Below are positions 1 through 9,710 of a stretch of 36,542 nt of DNA, one piece after another (the first letter of the stretch is position 1; each line of letters opens with the position of its first letter). The DNA comes from a virus (taxonomy: Duplodnaviria; Caudoviricetes). The notes below the pieces were generated by a model. That model was not told where the DNA came from. It did not search any database and worked only from the letters and a program-made list of their open reading frames with translations. The stretch covers positions 1 to 36,542 of the IMG/VR virus record IMGVR_UViG_3300032212_000084; one strand, given 5' to 3'. A program made the translations under genes and the position numbers.

Positions 1-281
1 CATTTCGCAGCTAACTGAGCGCTTACCGCAAGGTAAGCCGGAATCCTCGAAATAGATAGAATGACTTATTAGGAAATACAACTAAGTGACACTGCATGTG
101 AATTTAAATATTGGTCGGGATGAGAGGGCGAAGAAAGACCGAAATGACCTATGTCATTTCGCAGCTAACTGAGCGCTTACCGCAAGGTAAGCCGGAATCC
201 TCGAAATAGATAGAATGACTTATTAGGAAATACAACTAAGTGACACTGCATGTGAATTTAAATATTGGTCGGGATGAGAGG
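1..281. repeat. Host tandem repeat, 154-bp period, each unit carrying the last 16 nt of tRNA-Pro
   Basis: 1-127 is identical to 155-281; TGGTCGGGATGAGAGG at 112-127; hairpins at 21-38, 175-192 and 140-161. Confidence 0.9.
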
Positions 282-310
282 ATTTGAACCTCCGACCCCC
301 ACAACCCCAT
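264..310. repeat. att core, left copy (duplicated tRNA-Pro 3' half)
   Basis: ATTGGTCGGGATGAGAGGATTTGAACCTCCGACCCCCACAACCCCAT is identical to 36442-36488 and ends at the anticodon loop. Confidence 0.95.
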
Positions 311-655
311 GATTCGGCTCTAAGAACAGTAAGTAATTGAATATCAAGATAAACCACTTAAAACAAGGCCTTCAAAATACGGCACTTCTCCGCCTTATGA
401 AACAATAACTTAGCGGGCGTTTTTTCTAATCTCATATTTAGCATTATGGTTAAATAGCAACCCATTTCACTATTCCTGACAACCCACATTGGTTATATAA
501 AATATACTATGGGTTAGATTAAAAACATTAACTTCATTGATGTATATGCCAATAGTAGTATCTGATTGATAATAATAAAAATATCGATGTTTTAAGGGGA
601 GTCTTCGGGGTGATAGTTAAGATGTATAAAAATTATCAATAACGGAGGACTAACA

Positions 656-823
656 ATGAAAAACATCATCACTGGACTAAGTATCATTTTTTCTCGGAGA
701 GGAAGGGTAGTTGTTATAGATTACACGGATTTAATCAGGCTTAGGCGGTTTCATGAAAATGTAGAGCACTTAAGCAATGAGGTAAAAGATGCTTTGGACA
801 GAGTACTGAGAAGCCCACATTAG
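656..823 (+). CDS. Small 55-aa moron-like protein (not in ORF track)
   Basis: GGAGG RBS, ATG at 656, MKNIITGLSIIFSRRGRVVV...LRSPH, TAG inside a terminator hairpin. Confidence 0.6.
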   Translation: MKNIITGLSIIFSRRGRVVVIDYTDLIRLRRFHENVEHLSNEVKDALDRVLRSPH

Positions 824-834
824 TGGGCTTTTTT
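811..834 (+). terminator. Intrinsic terminator between convergent genes
   Basis: AAGCCCAC-ATTA-GTGGGCTT followed by a T-run. Confidence 0.8.
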
Positions 835-842
835 AATGCTCA

Positions 843-1034
843 CTATTTAACAGGCGGTAACTTCATTTGTTGACGGATATCATTACCAACAGCAGTAGCA
901 GCAAACCCAAGACCTATAAATATTGAGATCATACTAAAAGAACCGTCACTAGTAACGACACTAGCAGCCCAGTTACCCACCCCAATTAACCCTGCTGTCA
1001 TAGCAGATATTAAAGTTCGTAGATTAATATTCAT
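843..1034 (-). CDS. Small two-TM membrane protein, holin-like
   Basis: Two hydrophobic segments, basic C-terminus, last gene of the late operon. Confidence 0.5.
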   Translation of the reverse strand: MNINLRTLISAMTAGLIGVGNWAASVVTSDGSFSMISIFIGLGFAATAVGNDIRQQMKLPPVK

Positions 1035-1231
1035 TCGCCTAACTCCTTTTCAATTCGACGTTTCTCTAAACGATAATGTAAATGCTTATAAATCCACATA
1101 ATGCATAATGTGCTAAGCGCTACGCAGACACCTATGAAACTTTCAATACTCTGAAAAGTTATTCCGTAAACAATCAGGCCACCACTTGACGTAAGAGTAA
1201 CCGCACTCCAGATAGAAGAGTGATGATCCAT
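1031..1231 (-). CDS. Small membrane protein, holin-like
   Basis: Hydrophobic segments plus charged tail (KHLHYRLEKRRIEKE); ATGA overlap with next gene. Confidence 0.55.
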   Translation of the reverse strand: MDHHSSIWSAVTLTSSGGLIVYGITFQSIESFIGVCVALSTLCIMWIYKHLHYRLEKRRIEKELGE

Positions 1232-1254
1232 TTCCGTTGTTTTCCTTTGGTTGA

Positions 1255-1461
1255 TTGACTATTATTTTGGCTATGATTAGCCCGCGAAATAAAAAACTCT
1301 TAAAACATGGCTGGGTAATAGTTACCCGCTCCCTGCTTTTTATCCCCTACATTGCTATAGCCGCATGGTTTCTTGGCAATACTCTTTTTTCAGTTTCTTG
1401 GAATTCTGACTGGTTTGATATCTATGCCGATTGGTGGAATTCTTTTACAAGTTTGTTTTAG
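1255..1461 (+). CDS. Small membrane protein antisense to the late operon
   Basis: Trp-rich TM peptide filling a gap where I found no minus-strand ORF. Confidence 0.45.
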   Translation: MTIILAMISPRNKKLLKHGWVIVTRSLLFIPYIAIAAWFLGNTLFSVSWNSDWFDIYADWWNSFTSLF

Positions 1462-3713
1462 TCTTCTTGGTTAGCAGCTACAGAACCAGCCGCCCCAGCA
1501 CCGACATACTTACCTTGAATATCGAAAAGCTTGCTAAATGGTCTAACGGCATTTTTAGCTCTTGATGCAGCCCTAAACCCTGACGCTACTTGAACACCTG
1601 CACCTGTGGCAGATAACGCAGGATTCCCCGAAGCTAAACCCAATGCCTGCAAAACTTGCCCTGTCATTTGCTGTAATGACTTAACAAGCTTCTGAGAAGT
1701 GCCTGAAGGGTTTTCTCTTGATTTAACCATGTCTGGCTGTGTGCGCTTAACGTGAGCGGCAAAACGCCGGAATAGTCCAACCTCTTGAGGTGAAAACACT
1801 TCGTTCATTAGCTCTTTATTTTTCATTGCCTTTTCTATCGCCGTTAAGGTTTTCTGACCACTAATTGTTTTACCATCGGGCATAAATTTAACTAATCGCA
1901 TGAAGCCAGCTTGCCTAACTGCGTTCCATTCATCTGATTGAGGACCAAGAATTGTTTTCATCTTCTTAGCCATATTTTTGCCTGCTTGGTTACCGAATGA
2001 TTCGCCAGCGCCAAAAATCGCGTTTACAGTTTGAATATCTGTCGGGTTTGCCTCTACTATTTGTTCAATGAATTTGCCTTCTTTGTCTCCAAAGCTTCCG
2101 CCATGTCTGCGCTTTGTTGGTTGCTCAAGGAATTTCTTTGCATACTCTGAATAAACACCGCGAGCTTGTTTTAATGAATTAATCGCTTCTTTGTCACCAT
2201 CGAAAAGAGCATTTTTAACGGCACTATCAAGCCATGCATCCCACTCTCTTTGCATTGTTTTAATTTGGCGTTTATCTGCTTTTTCTGCTTGGTTGAAAGC
2301 GGTATTTAATCGACGCCGCATAGCCTCAATTTGTTTTACATGAAAGGGTTTTAAATTTCCTTTCAAGCCTTGAAGGGTTTTTTGTAATTTTCCAGCGTCA
2401 GTCAATATCTTTGATGTTTCAGGAAGGGTTTTATCAAACTCTACACCTCGAACGCTTTTCTTTGTGGTTTGCAACAATTTGTTTAAGCCTTCAGGGGATA
2501 GTGTAGCATCGCCAACGTTGCTATAAGCCGCTCTTACACTATCATCAGCTAATTGTTCAGCATTCCTTACGCCTTGAATAATGCGCCCACCAGCTTCAAC
2601 TTGATCAGTAACAATATCGCTACTATTTGCAATTTGATTTTGAATGTTAGCTTTAGCGTCTAATGCCTGTTTTGCTTGCAGAGATTCTTTATCCAAAACC
2701 GTTTGCTGGGCTTTTCCTCCAAACACACCTGATCTAGCGGAATCTTCAAAGGACAAATCTTTTTGAATGCCTGACCGCTGGCCTTTGGTTAGATGAACAC
2801 CAAATTCATCTTCCCCTTGGAGCTTAGCCGCTTGTTGTGGATTTACAGCTTCATCGGTTTTATTAATAAAAGAACGTATAACATCATCGGTTATTTCGTC
2901 AGGATTCCGACCTAAGTCTTTTGCTGCCCCTCGAAACATGGCCCTTACATTATCATCAATGCCGGTTTTTTTTGTTTTATCTTGAAGGAATGGTAAGGCT
3001 TTGCCTAGCTTCAGGAATAAGCCCTCAAATAACGCACCCCCAGCACCGGCAATTACTACATCGGCGGTATTAATATTACTGGGGCTAACTTCATCGGTTG
3101 TACCTGCACCTTGCCCAGCTAAGTCAATACCCGCTTGTGTTGCAGCAGAAGCACCACCAACGGCCAACATTTTACCCGCTGTATTTGTTGCTAAGGCTCC
3201 TGCCCTGCCTGCTGGCGTGAATGCGGCAACTTGAAAACCTGCTTGAAGAAGATCACGACCAGAGACGCCAGGCATATTAAGCACACCCTTTTCACCACCA
3301 TAAGCAGAGCCGTCAACAATGACATTGCCTTTTTCATCTTCTTCAAATTTAAGATCAGGATAATTTTCTTTTAATACATGAATCTGTTTTTTTGGGTCAT
3401 ATGTAGTTAACAAGCCCAGCGCTGTTTTTGCTTGACGCTTTGAAAATTCAAAAGGAAGGTCAAATTCTTCAAGTCCTTCAGTTTTATTAGTTTGGCGATC
3501 ATCACCTGTAAAGAAGTCTGAAACAGGCTGATACCAAGGTTCGTTTTCTTCAACGGGGGTAGCTTGATTATTTCCTTGAGTAACTAATTGCAAGTTAGGC
3601 TTATTTGTTGACTGCGGGGCTTCATTATCAAACGGATCGATTAGCCTGCTATTAATTGGTTCAGGCCTTCTAGTTTCTTGAATTTCGCTATCAAAGGGAT
3701 CGGTTAGCGCCAT
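1458..3713 (-). CDS. DNA ejection/transfer protein (P22 gp16-like position)
   Basis: 751 aa, Ala/Gly-rich hydrophobic patches, third of three large genes after the tail hub. Confidence 0.65.
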   Translation of the reverse strand: MALTDPFDSEIQETRRPEPINSRLIDPFDNEAPQSTNKPNLQLVTQGNNQATPVEENEPWYQPVSDFFTGDDRQTNKTEGLEEFDLPFEFSKRQAKTALGLLTTYDPKKQIHVLKENYPDLKFEEDEKGNVIVDGSAYGGEKGVLNMPGVSGRDLLQAGFQVAAFTPAGRAGALATNTAGKMLAVGGASAATQAGIDLAGQGAGTTDEVSPSNINTADVVIAGAGGALFEGLFLKLGKALPFLQDKTKKTGIDDNVRAMFRGAAKDLGRNPDEITDDVIRSFINKTDEAVNPQQAAKLQGEDEFGVHLTKGQRSGIQKDLSFEDSARSGVFGGKAQQTVLDKESLQAKQALDAKANIQNQIANSSDIVTDQVEAGGRIIQGVRNAEQLADDSVRAAYSNVGDATLSPEGLNKLLQTTKKSVRGVEFDKTLPETSKILTDAGKLQKTLQGLKGNLKPFHVKQIEAMRRRLNTAFNQAEKADKRQIKTMQREWDAWLDSAVKNALFDGDKEAINSLKQARGVYSEYAKKFLEQPTKRRHGGSFGDKEGKFIEQIVEANPTDIQTVNAIFGAGESFGNQAGKNMAKKMKTILGPQSDEWNAVRQAGFMRLVKFMPDGKTISGQKTLTAIEKAMKNKELMNEVFSPQEVGLFRRFAAHVKRTQPDMVKSRENPSGTSQKLVKSLQQMTGQVLQALGLASGNPALSATGAGVQVASGFRAASRAKNAVRPFSKLFDIQGKYVGAGAAGSVAANQED

Positions 3714-4965
3714 TATATTTTACTCTCCATAAATCAAGAATTTCACCGCTATCAGCATTCGGATTAGCTTCTCTCATTTTGCTAAAAAACTCATTATAGA
3801 AAACTGGTCGGTTAGTATTAGGATTAACACCAAAAAGCGGCGTATTTCGTTTATGTTGATCCCACGATTGTTCAGCCCCTTTAAAACTTCCGTTTTTCTC
3901 TTCCCAGTCAAGGTAGAAATTTCTTTGTTCTATTCGGCGCTCTTCGATAGCTATGGCTGCATTAGTTAAAAACACTCTTGCTTGAGGCGTGTTTCCTAGA
4001 CTCGCTAATGTGTTTTCAATTCGCTTAGCATCGTTTTCGGTTTGCGGTCCTTTTTGAGCTTGCATCTTTGTTAGCACAAGATTTTGCATAATTCCGGTAA
4101 ACGCTTCTGCATTTGTGGCGTTTTCTAGTCCGAGGTTTTCAGGATTGAAGCCCAATCCTTGAGCAAATGAAGCTACACTTTTCTTAAGAGGCTCTAGGGC
4201 ACCAGTTGAAACATCAATATTTTTTGATATATGCAGTTGTTCTAAATTATCAGAAGCCGCATTTGCGCGTTCAGATATACTTCCAAACTGTGAAACTAAT
4301 TGTTTCCCGCGAGCCTTGCTCTCTTCCCTTTCTGACTCCATGTTGACTTGTGTTTGTGGCTTATTGTGTTTATCTAGAATAGCTTGCTTAAATTCTGGTG
4401 TTCCAGGTTTATAACCAGCAGCAATCAGGTCATTTTGCAAGGAAGTCGGAGCACTCGCCTCTTCAAATAGCGTTGCACCATATTCAGAAATAGCCTTAAG
4501 TGAAACAGGATTTAAATCGCCGAACATTGAAACATCGATACCAAGCTGGTCCATGGCCTGAGCACCTTGATTAATTCGATTATAAATATCCTCTCGACTT
4601 TGACCCTGCATGACGTAGTTAGCAAACCCATAGAGATGCTTTCCCTTCTCCGCTTCAATTGCCTTGCTATTGTCATCCATCTGATTAACCGCTTGTAGGG
4701 CTTTAGTAACGGAAGCACCCAGCTTTGGATTGTACGAAATAAGCTGCTTTAACGCTGATTGCTGCGCTTGCGTATTGGGAGCATTAACGGCGTTGTTCGT
4801 TAAATTACTAAGCTTTAGCTGCTGGTCTGCTTGTTGCTCTCGCTGTTGCTGCTCATACGCCCTGTCTTCATCAATCATGCGAGACTTACGGCCAGTTTCG
4901 AAAGCATTAATGATGCGACCAGTCGTATTAGGACTTATCAAGTTAGATAATTGCAATTGTGCCAT
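3691..4965 (-). CDS. DNA ejection protein (P22 gp20-like position)
   Basis: Gln-rich helical N-terminus, KGPQTENDA motif, synteny. Confidence 0.65.
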   Translation of the reverse strand: MAQLQLSNLISPNTTGRIINAFETGRKSRMIDEDRAYEQQQREQQADQQLKLSNLTNNAVNAPNTQAQQSALKQLISYNPKLGASVTKALQAVNQMDDNSKAIEAEKGKHLYGFANYVMQGQSREDIYNRINQGAQAMDQLGIDVSMFGDLNPVSLKAISEYGATLFEEASAPTSLQNDLIAAGYKPGTPEFKQAILDKHNKPQTQVNMESEREESKARGKQLVSQFGSISERANAASDNLEQLHISKNIDVSTGALEPLKKSVASFAQGLGFNPENLGLENATNAEAFTGIMQNLVLTKMQAQKGPQTENDAKRIENTLASLGNTPQARVFLTNAAIAIEERRIEQRNFYLDWEEKNGSFKGAEQSWDQHKRNTPLFGVNPNTNRPVFYNEFFSKMREANPNADSGEILDLWRVKYNGANRSL

Positions 4966-4974
4966 GATGTTTCC

Positions 4975-7257
4975 TTATGGTTGGGCTGGCTTTTTGCCGT
5001 ACATATACGCGCCGCCTTCAGATAACTGAGAAAGAAAGTTGTTACGGTTTTTATAATAATTCGAAGAAATGTTGGATAAATTTGTGTAGTAATTGGAAAT
5101 TATGTCGCCTTGTCTTGCTTCGAGATTAGCAAGGTTAGTTCCTTGTCTACCCACTATATCAGCCGTTTTATCTGTGGCCCCAGTATTAGCCGCTATCAAC
5201 ATACCAGTTGAGGCGCGTTTGTTATTACTGTCATCGGCGTAACGGTTAGCAGTTATGGTGCTTGCTGTCTTTGCTTTATTTCCTAATAAATCACCTCTTG
5301 TGAGGTTATAATTTGAATCAAGATCGGCCAAACTTTTAATTGTTCCCGCTTCGATTTCACCAGATTTATTAATAATGTCAGCACTGATTAATTGGTTGTT
5401 ATAGATTTTATCTGCCTGAACTCGACCCCGCTCCAACTCAGCACCAGAGTTAATGTCAGCAAGCTTTAATGTTGTGTCAGCATCTAACTCACCAGTAAAT
5501 CGTTCTTGACCTGATTTATAGTCAGATACAGAAAGCGCCTTACTTGCATTAATATCACCTATAGTGCGGTATTCATTCGCGTTAATGTCAGATAGTCTTA
5601 TACTTCTATCCGATTGCACATCACCTGCATAGCGTTGATTACCTGCGGTAATATCTCCACGATAATTCACAGCATTTGAATTGATGTTTCCTTTATTGAT
5701 TTCATTATCAGCTTTATAGCCCGAGATAGTAAGTTCAGTACCACTATCAAGATCGCCAAGCTCACGAGTAGAATTTGCATTAATATTTGCGGTATCAGTG
5801 GCATATTTTGCATTAACATCACCTTCAGCCAGCTTGTAATTCGCTTGACGTGTGCCAGCGCTCTCTAATGTTCTTGCCGCATTTGTATCGGCATTCGAAG
5901 CCGTATTAATGTAAGAATTAGCAGCGTTTTGGCCGTCTGCTGAAAGGCTTGATAAAACATTTATTTTTCTATTTTGATCGCCAACAAAACGATTACGACC
6001 TTCATTAAAATATGTCTGGCCATAATCCATTGCATACTTAACAAGGTCTTTAGCTGTGTTCCCCGTTACACCCAATGCTGAACCGCGATTAATGATAGCC
6101 TCTTGACCTTCATCAAGGCCCAATTGATAACCGCCATCCCTTTCAAAATCGTCATACGTAAAAGAGCGTGTTAACTCATCAAAATTATTTCTTAACTCAT
6201 CATTTGCCCACTGACCGTTTTGAATCCAAGGTGTGTAAACTTCTTCCGCATCAGATTTGATAGTGTCGTATCGGGAAACCGCTTGATTTGTATTTCGTTG
6301 ATCTATATCAGAAGCGGCAACAAGACTGCTAAGAGAAAAGTTCCTTGCACCTGTTGCACCTTCAAGCAAAGTATCTCTACCGCCAGTGATAGCATCTCTC
6401 TGAATGTCTCTCGCACTAGTTGCGCCACTAATAAGCTCATCAGTCGCGCTATCTGAAGAGCCGGTTAAGTAGTTTTGAGACTGCCTAGAGGCATCTAATA
6501 GCGTGTCTGTTGACTGGTTGCGTGAATCTATTAGCTGACTAGCTGAATCAGTTACACCCGTTCTTTCTGCGCTCGCAGCATCGGTTGCCGCCTGTACCTG
6601 AATGCCAGCCGCTTCTTTTACGCCATTTATTAACGTTGATGTTGATTTGTCAGAATAAGCTAGCAATAAATCACGCGCAGACCTAACACCTTTTCGATCG
6701 ATGTCTTGAGCTGAATCTATGGATTTTATTATTGCTGTAGCTGCGTTGTTGTTGCCTAGCTTTAGCTGATTCGAAGATTGTTTGATCGTATTGAGAATGG
6801 ATGCTTTTTGCTGGATTAATCCGTTCTTTTGAGCATTGTATGCGGTGAGAACAGCGTCTAGTATTTCTTCAGAATATTCTTTATTGCCTGCAAGAAGTTC
6901 TTTTTCTATATCTATATTGTTCTGTTCAAGAAACCCTTCTAATTCGATAGTTAGCTCTTCAGCTTTTGCACGACCCTCTTCAATGAGTCGTGTTTGCTCA
7001 TCGGTTGCATGGCGTAATTCGTTTTTAGCATCCTCATTCGCGTCTTGCTGAGCTTGTAACTTCTTTTGTTCGTTTTTCTTTTGCTCTTTGCGAAGGTTCT
7101 CGCCCGTGACTTCACTTATAATTTTATCGTCAACATCACGAAGAGCGGCTCTTATAAAATAATCTTCACTTAGAGGGTTGACTACAGATACGCCCTTATC
7201 GATATCTCTTCCTGCTTTTTTCACATCATTCTTAAAGTCTTTTAGTGAATAACCCAT
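4975..7257 (-). CDS. DNA transfer protein, gp7-like core with long repeat extensions
   Basis: Core YTPWIQNG...GGYQLGLDEGQEAI...TGNTAKDLVKYAMDY resembles the gp7 family; synteny. Confidence 0.6.
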   Translation of the reverse strand: MGYSLKDFKNDVKKAGRDIDKGVSVVNPLSEDYFIRAALRDVDDKIISEVTGENLRKEQKKNEQKKLQAQQDANEDAKNELRHATDEQTRLIEEGRAKAEELTIELEGFLEQNNIDIEKELLAGNKEYSEEILDAVLTAYNAQKNGLIQQKASILNTIKQSSNQLKLGNNNAATAIIKSIDSAQDIDRKGVRSARDLLLAYSDKSTSTLINGVKEAAGIQVQAATDAASAERTGVTDSASQLIDSRNQSTDTLLDASRQSQNYLTGSSDSATDELISGATSARDIQRDAITGGRDTLLEGATGARNFSLSSLVAASDIDQRNTNQAVSRYDTIKSDAEEVYTPWIQNGQWANDELRNNFDELTRSFTYDDFERDGGYQLGLDEGQEAIINRGSALGVTGNTAKDLVKYAMDYGQTYFNEGRNRFVGDQNRKINVLSSLSADGQNAANSYINTASNADTNAARTLESAGTRQANYKLAEGDVNAKYATDTANINANSTRELGDLDSGTELTISGYKADNEINKGNINSNAVNYRGDITAGNQRYAGDVQSDRSIRLSDINANEYRTIGDINASKALSVSDYKSGQERFTGELDADTTLKLADINSGAELERGRVQADKIYNNQLISADIINKSGEIEAGTIKSLADLDSNYNLTRGDLLGNKAKTASTITANRYADDSNNKRASTGMLIAANTGATDKTADIVGRQGTNLANLEARQGDIISNYYTNLSNISSNYYKNRNNFLSQLSEGGAYMYGKKPAQP

Positions 7258-7299
7258 ATTTAATACCCCTGCCAGTCTGCCAAAACAGACATTAATAAT

Positions 7300-8160
7300 T
7301 TACTCAATGATTTCCATTGCAAACCAAGTATCCTCGTAACCCCTAACAGATAGACTTCCACCAGAATTTTGAAAAGCCTCTAGCTCAAAGTAAGAGCTTG
7401 AACCCACATTAATAACGGGCGTTGTTATATTAATGTAGGTGTCATAACTAGCGCTCCCGTCCTGGTAGCCTCTAGCGTGACCATGGAAAATATAATCAAT
7501 CGCTACATCATCTTTAATTATTACGCTTCTATACCCTGTGCCATTCGCAGCAAATGCGACTTGAGCCGTCAATCTAGCTTTTGTCGCACCCGATGGAACA
7601 GTTAACCGTGAAGTATTTGTCACAGTATCGTGAATGCTATCAGTGTCGTATATTTCACCGTCGAAGTTCAGCTTAGTCGATGTATTATGCGTCAAAGACT
7701 GCATCGGATCGCTTACGCCATAAGCTAAGCAACCTCTAAAGCTTCCGCCCGAGTTAATAAACCCAGAAACCCCAATCCAATCAGTGCCGTCAGTGACTAA
7801 TTCAACCCAGTTATATTGGCCGGAAAATGGCAAAGAAGCAGAAGACTTAATTGTTGCTGTATCTGCTGTAGCTAAACTTAACGTGTTAGAGCTAGAATCT
7901 GTTTTTACGAATATGTATTTTTTTGGAAAGCCTAGTTCTGTTTGAGCTGGCAAGGTTGCTGTGATATTTCCGCTAGTGCAATCACATAATACTAAAGTTA
8001 CGTCTAAACTGATATTGCTACTAGATGTGATAGTCGTAACATGTTCGAAGTTGTAATCATTTCTCTGAAAAGCTTGAAAATATTTTAAGAGCCAAAATGT
8101 AAAAACATTGTCATCTTTTATAATTGATGGATTCGGCTCTTGCGGTGTTTCCCACTTCAT
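7300..8160 (-). CDS. Tail needle/fibre-like virion protein
   Basis: Follows the gp10-like gene; beta-rich (CDCTSGNITATLP...TDGTDW) with a C1q-like beta C-terminal domain. Confidence 0.55.
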   Translation of the reverse strand: MKWETPQEPNPSIIKDDNVFTFWLLKYFQAFQRNDYNFEHVTTITSSSNISLDVTLVLCDCTSGNITATLPAQTELGFPKKYIFVKTDSSSNTLSLATADTATIKSSASLPFSGQYNWVELVTDGTDWIGVSGFINSGGSFRGCLAYGVSDPMQSLTHNTSTKLNFDGEIYDTDSIHDTVTNTSRLTVPSGATKARLTAQVAFAANGTGYRSVIIKDDVAIDYIFHGHARGYQDGSASYDTYINITTPVINVGSSSYFELEAFQNSGGSLSVRGYEDTWFAMEIIE

Positions 8161-9704
8161 ACGTCTAGCTGCTCAACATTAATATAAGCGTCAGTTAGTG
8201 TTATGGGTATGTTTGGCTCTGAGGCAGATTCATAAGAAATTGATCCGCTAACCTTATAAAGTCTTCTGGTTGAGCGGCCTAATTGTCGTAATATGATAAG
8301 GCCGCTATTTTCATCTAAGTAATGATTTCCCAAGCTATTCCATGTAGAACCATTGTCATCTGAATAATATATCGTTACATATTCAGAAGAACTTAGTGGA
8401 TTGAATTTCAGGCGCAATTCATTATGTTTTAGATGTTTATCATCCTCGCCAAGAATATAATTTGAAACTAAGGTGAATTCTTTGGTTTCTTGGTCGTTTC
8501 CTGAAGCAGTGGTGAACTCTTCAATGTTTCTTGCTAGCGAATAGAAGTGTATTTCATTCATATATATTGGAACATTCCCTGACGTTCCACTGTAAGGAAC
8601 AACAAGGTTATAAGTGTTAACAACAGAGCTAGTTTTTACTACAACAGCCGATGAATGCAATCTTGCGTATTTGCTCGACCCTCCTATACCAGTTTTTTCT
8701 TTAGACCATAGCCCAGTCTTTAAATTGTATACCCATGTTCCAATGCTCGAATCTTTGAAATTTAATATATATAACGAAGTGTTGAAATACACTAGCGGGC
8801 GCGCATCAGAAAATAAAACATTATCTAAATTACTATTGCTTGTCGCTGTTTGGCTGCTTTCAAAATAGTGACGCAATCCCTCTGGCGTTACGTCTACTGC
8901 CCTATAACCCTCGGTCTTATAAACGCCTACCAATCCGTTCTCGTCGATGCCAACAAACATCATCGTATTACTAAAAGTAACTAACGAATTTTTTGCGAAT
9001 AACCCGACATCAATATGGACCCCTTGATTTCTCTTTAACGGAAAGCCATTTGCACCAGTGTTATACCAAACTTCTGTATGTCTTGTGCAGAACACCCATA
9101 GTTCGCGCTTATCACTCGCATGACTAACAATGTTTCCTGCTGCTGATGTTACCAACCCATATCTAGTTGCATCAAAATCTACCCCCCCAAATTCTGTCGA
9201 GTAAATTTTCCTATCATCGGAAGTCATAAAGAAAAACCCATCGAAATAGGTTATTTCTGTGGGTATAACACCTATGCCAGCCTTAAGCGCTATTGTGTCT
9301 CCTGCAGGTGTACCGCCTAGAGTAACTACGTTGTATCCTGATTGACCAGTGGATGCGAGAATCATTTGTGCGCCAGAATTCACTTCATCTATAGCCCAGA
9401 TATTTAAACCAGTTAGATTCGTCGCGTGTGATCCATGCGTCATATTCTGATCGAAATAATGAAGACGTATGTTTGTCCCATTGTAAAGCGTGAAATAAAT
9501 TCTTTTAGTGTCGGGAGGCGAAAAAATACCGTAGATTTGATCTGTTTGTGTCCCACTGTCATATAGTATTTCCGTACCTGGCATTTTCTGAAATATTAGA
9601 GACTTCTTAGGCTTTGAAATGACCGGAACCATGTTCACACACTCAGCCGCCGAAATTGAATCATTCCAACTTTCGCCAGTATCACCAAACAAATTAATCT
9701 TCAT
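8157..9704 (-). CDS. Packaged-DNA stabilisation / tail hub protein (P22 gp10-like)
   Basis: TYFDGFF, ELWVFCTRHTEVWYNTG and RQLGRSTRRLYKV motifs typical of the gp10 family. Confidence 0.8.
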   Translation of the reverse strand: MKINLFGDTGESWNDSISAAECVNMVPVISKPKKSLIFQKMPGTEILYDSGTQTDQIYGIFSPPDTKRIYFTLYNGTNIRLHYFDQNMTHGSHATNLTGLNIWAIDEVNSGAQMILASTGQSGYNVVTLGGTPAGDTIALKAGIGVIPTEITYFDGFFFMTSDDRKIYSTEFGGVDFDATRYGLVTSAAGNIVSHASDKRELWVFCTRHTEVWYNTGANGFPLKRNQGVHIDVGLFAKNSLVTFSNTMMFVGIDENGLVGVYKTEGYRAVDVTPEGLRHYFESSQTATSNSNLDNVLFSDARPLVYFNTSLYILNFKDSSIGTWVYNLKTGLWSKEKTGIGGSSKYARLHSSAVVVKTSSVVNTYNLVVPYSGTSGNVPIYMNEIHFYSLARNIEEFTTASGNDQETKEFTLVSNYILGEDDKHLKHNELRLKFNPLSSSEYVTIYYSDDNGSTWNSLGNHYLDENSGLIILRQLGRSTRRLYKVSGSISYESASEPNIPITLTDAYINVEQLDV

Positions 9705-9710
9705 TTAGTA

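Noticed and set aside
1-310. CRISPR array or extra tRNA genes at the left end
   Set aside because: Units are 154 bp and identical with no variable spacers visible; the tRNA pieces are only 3' fragments (16 and 45 nt)
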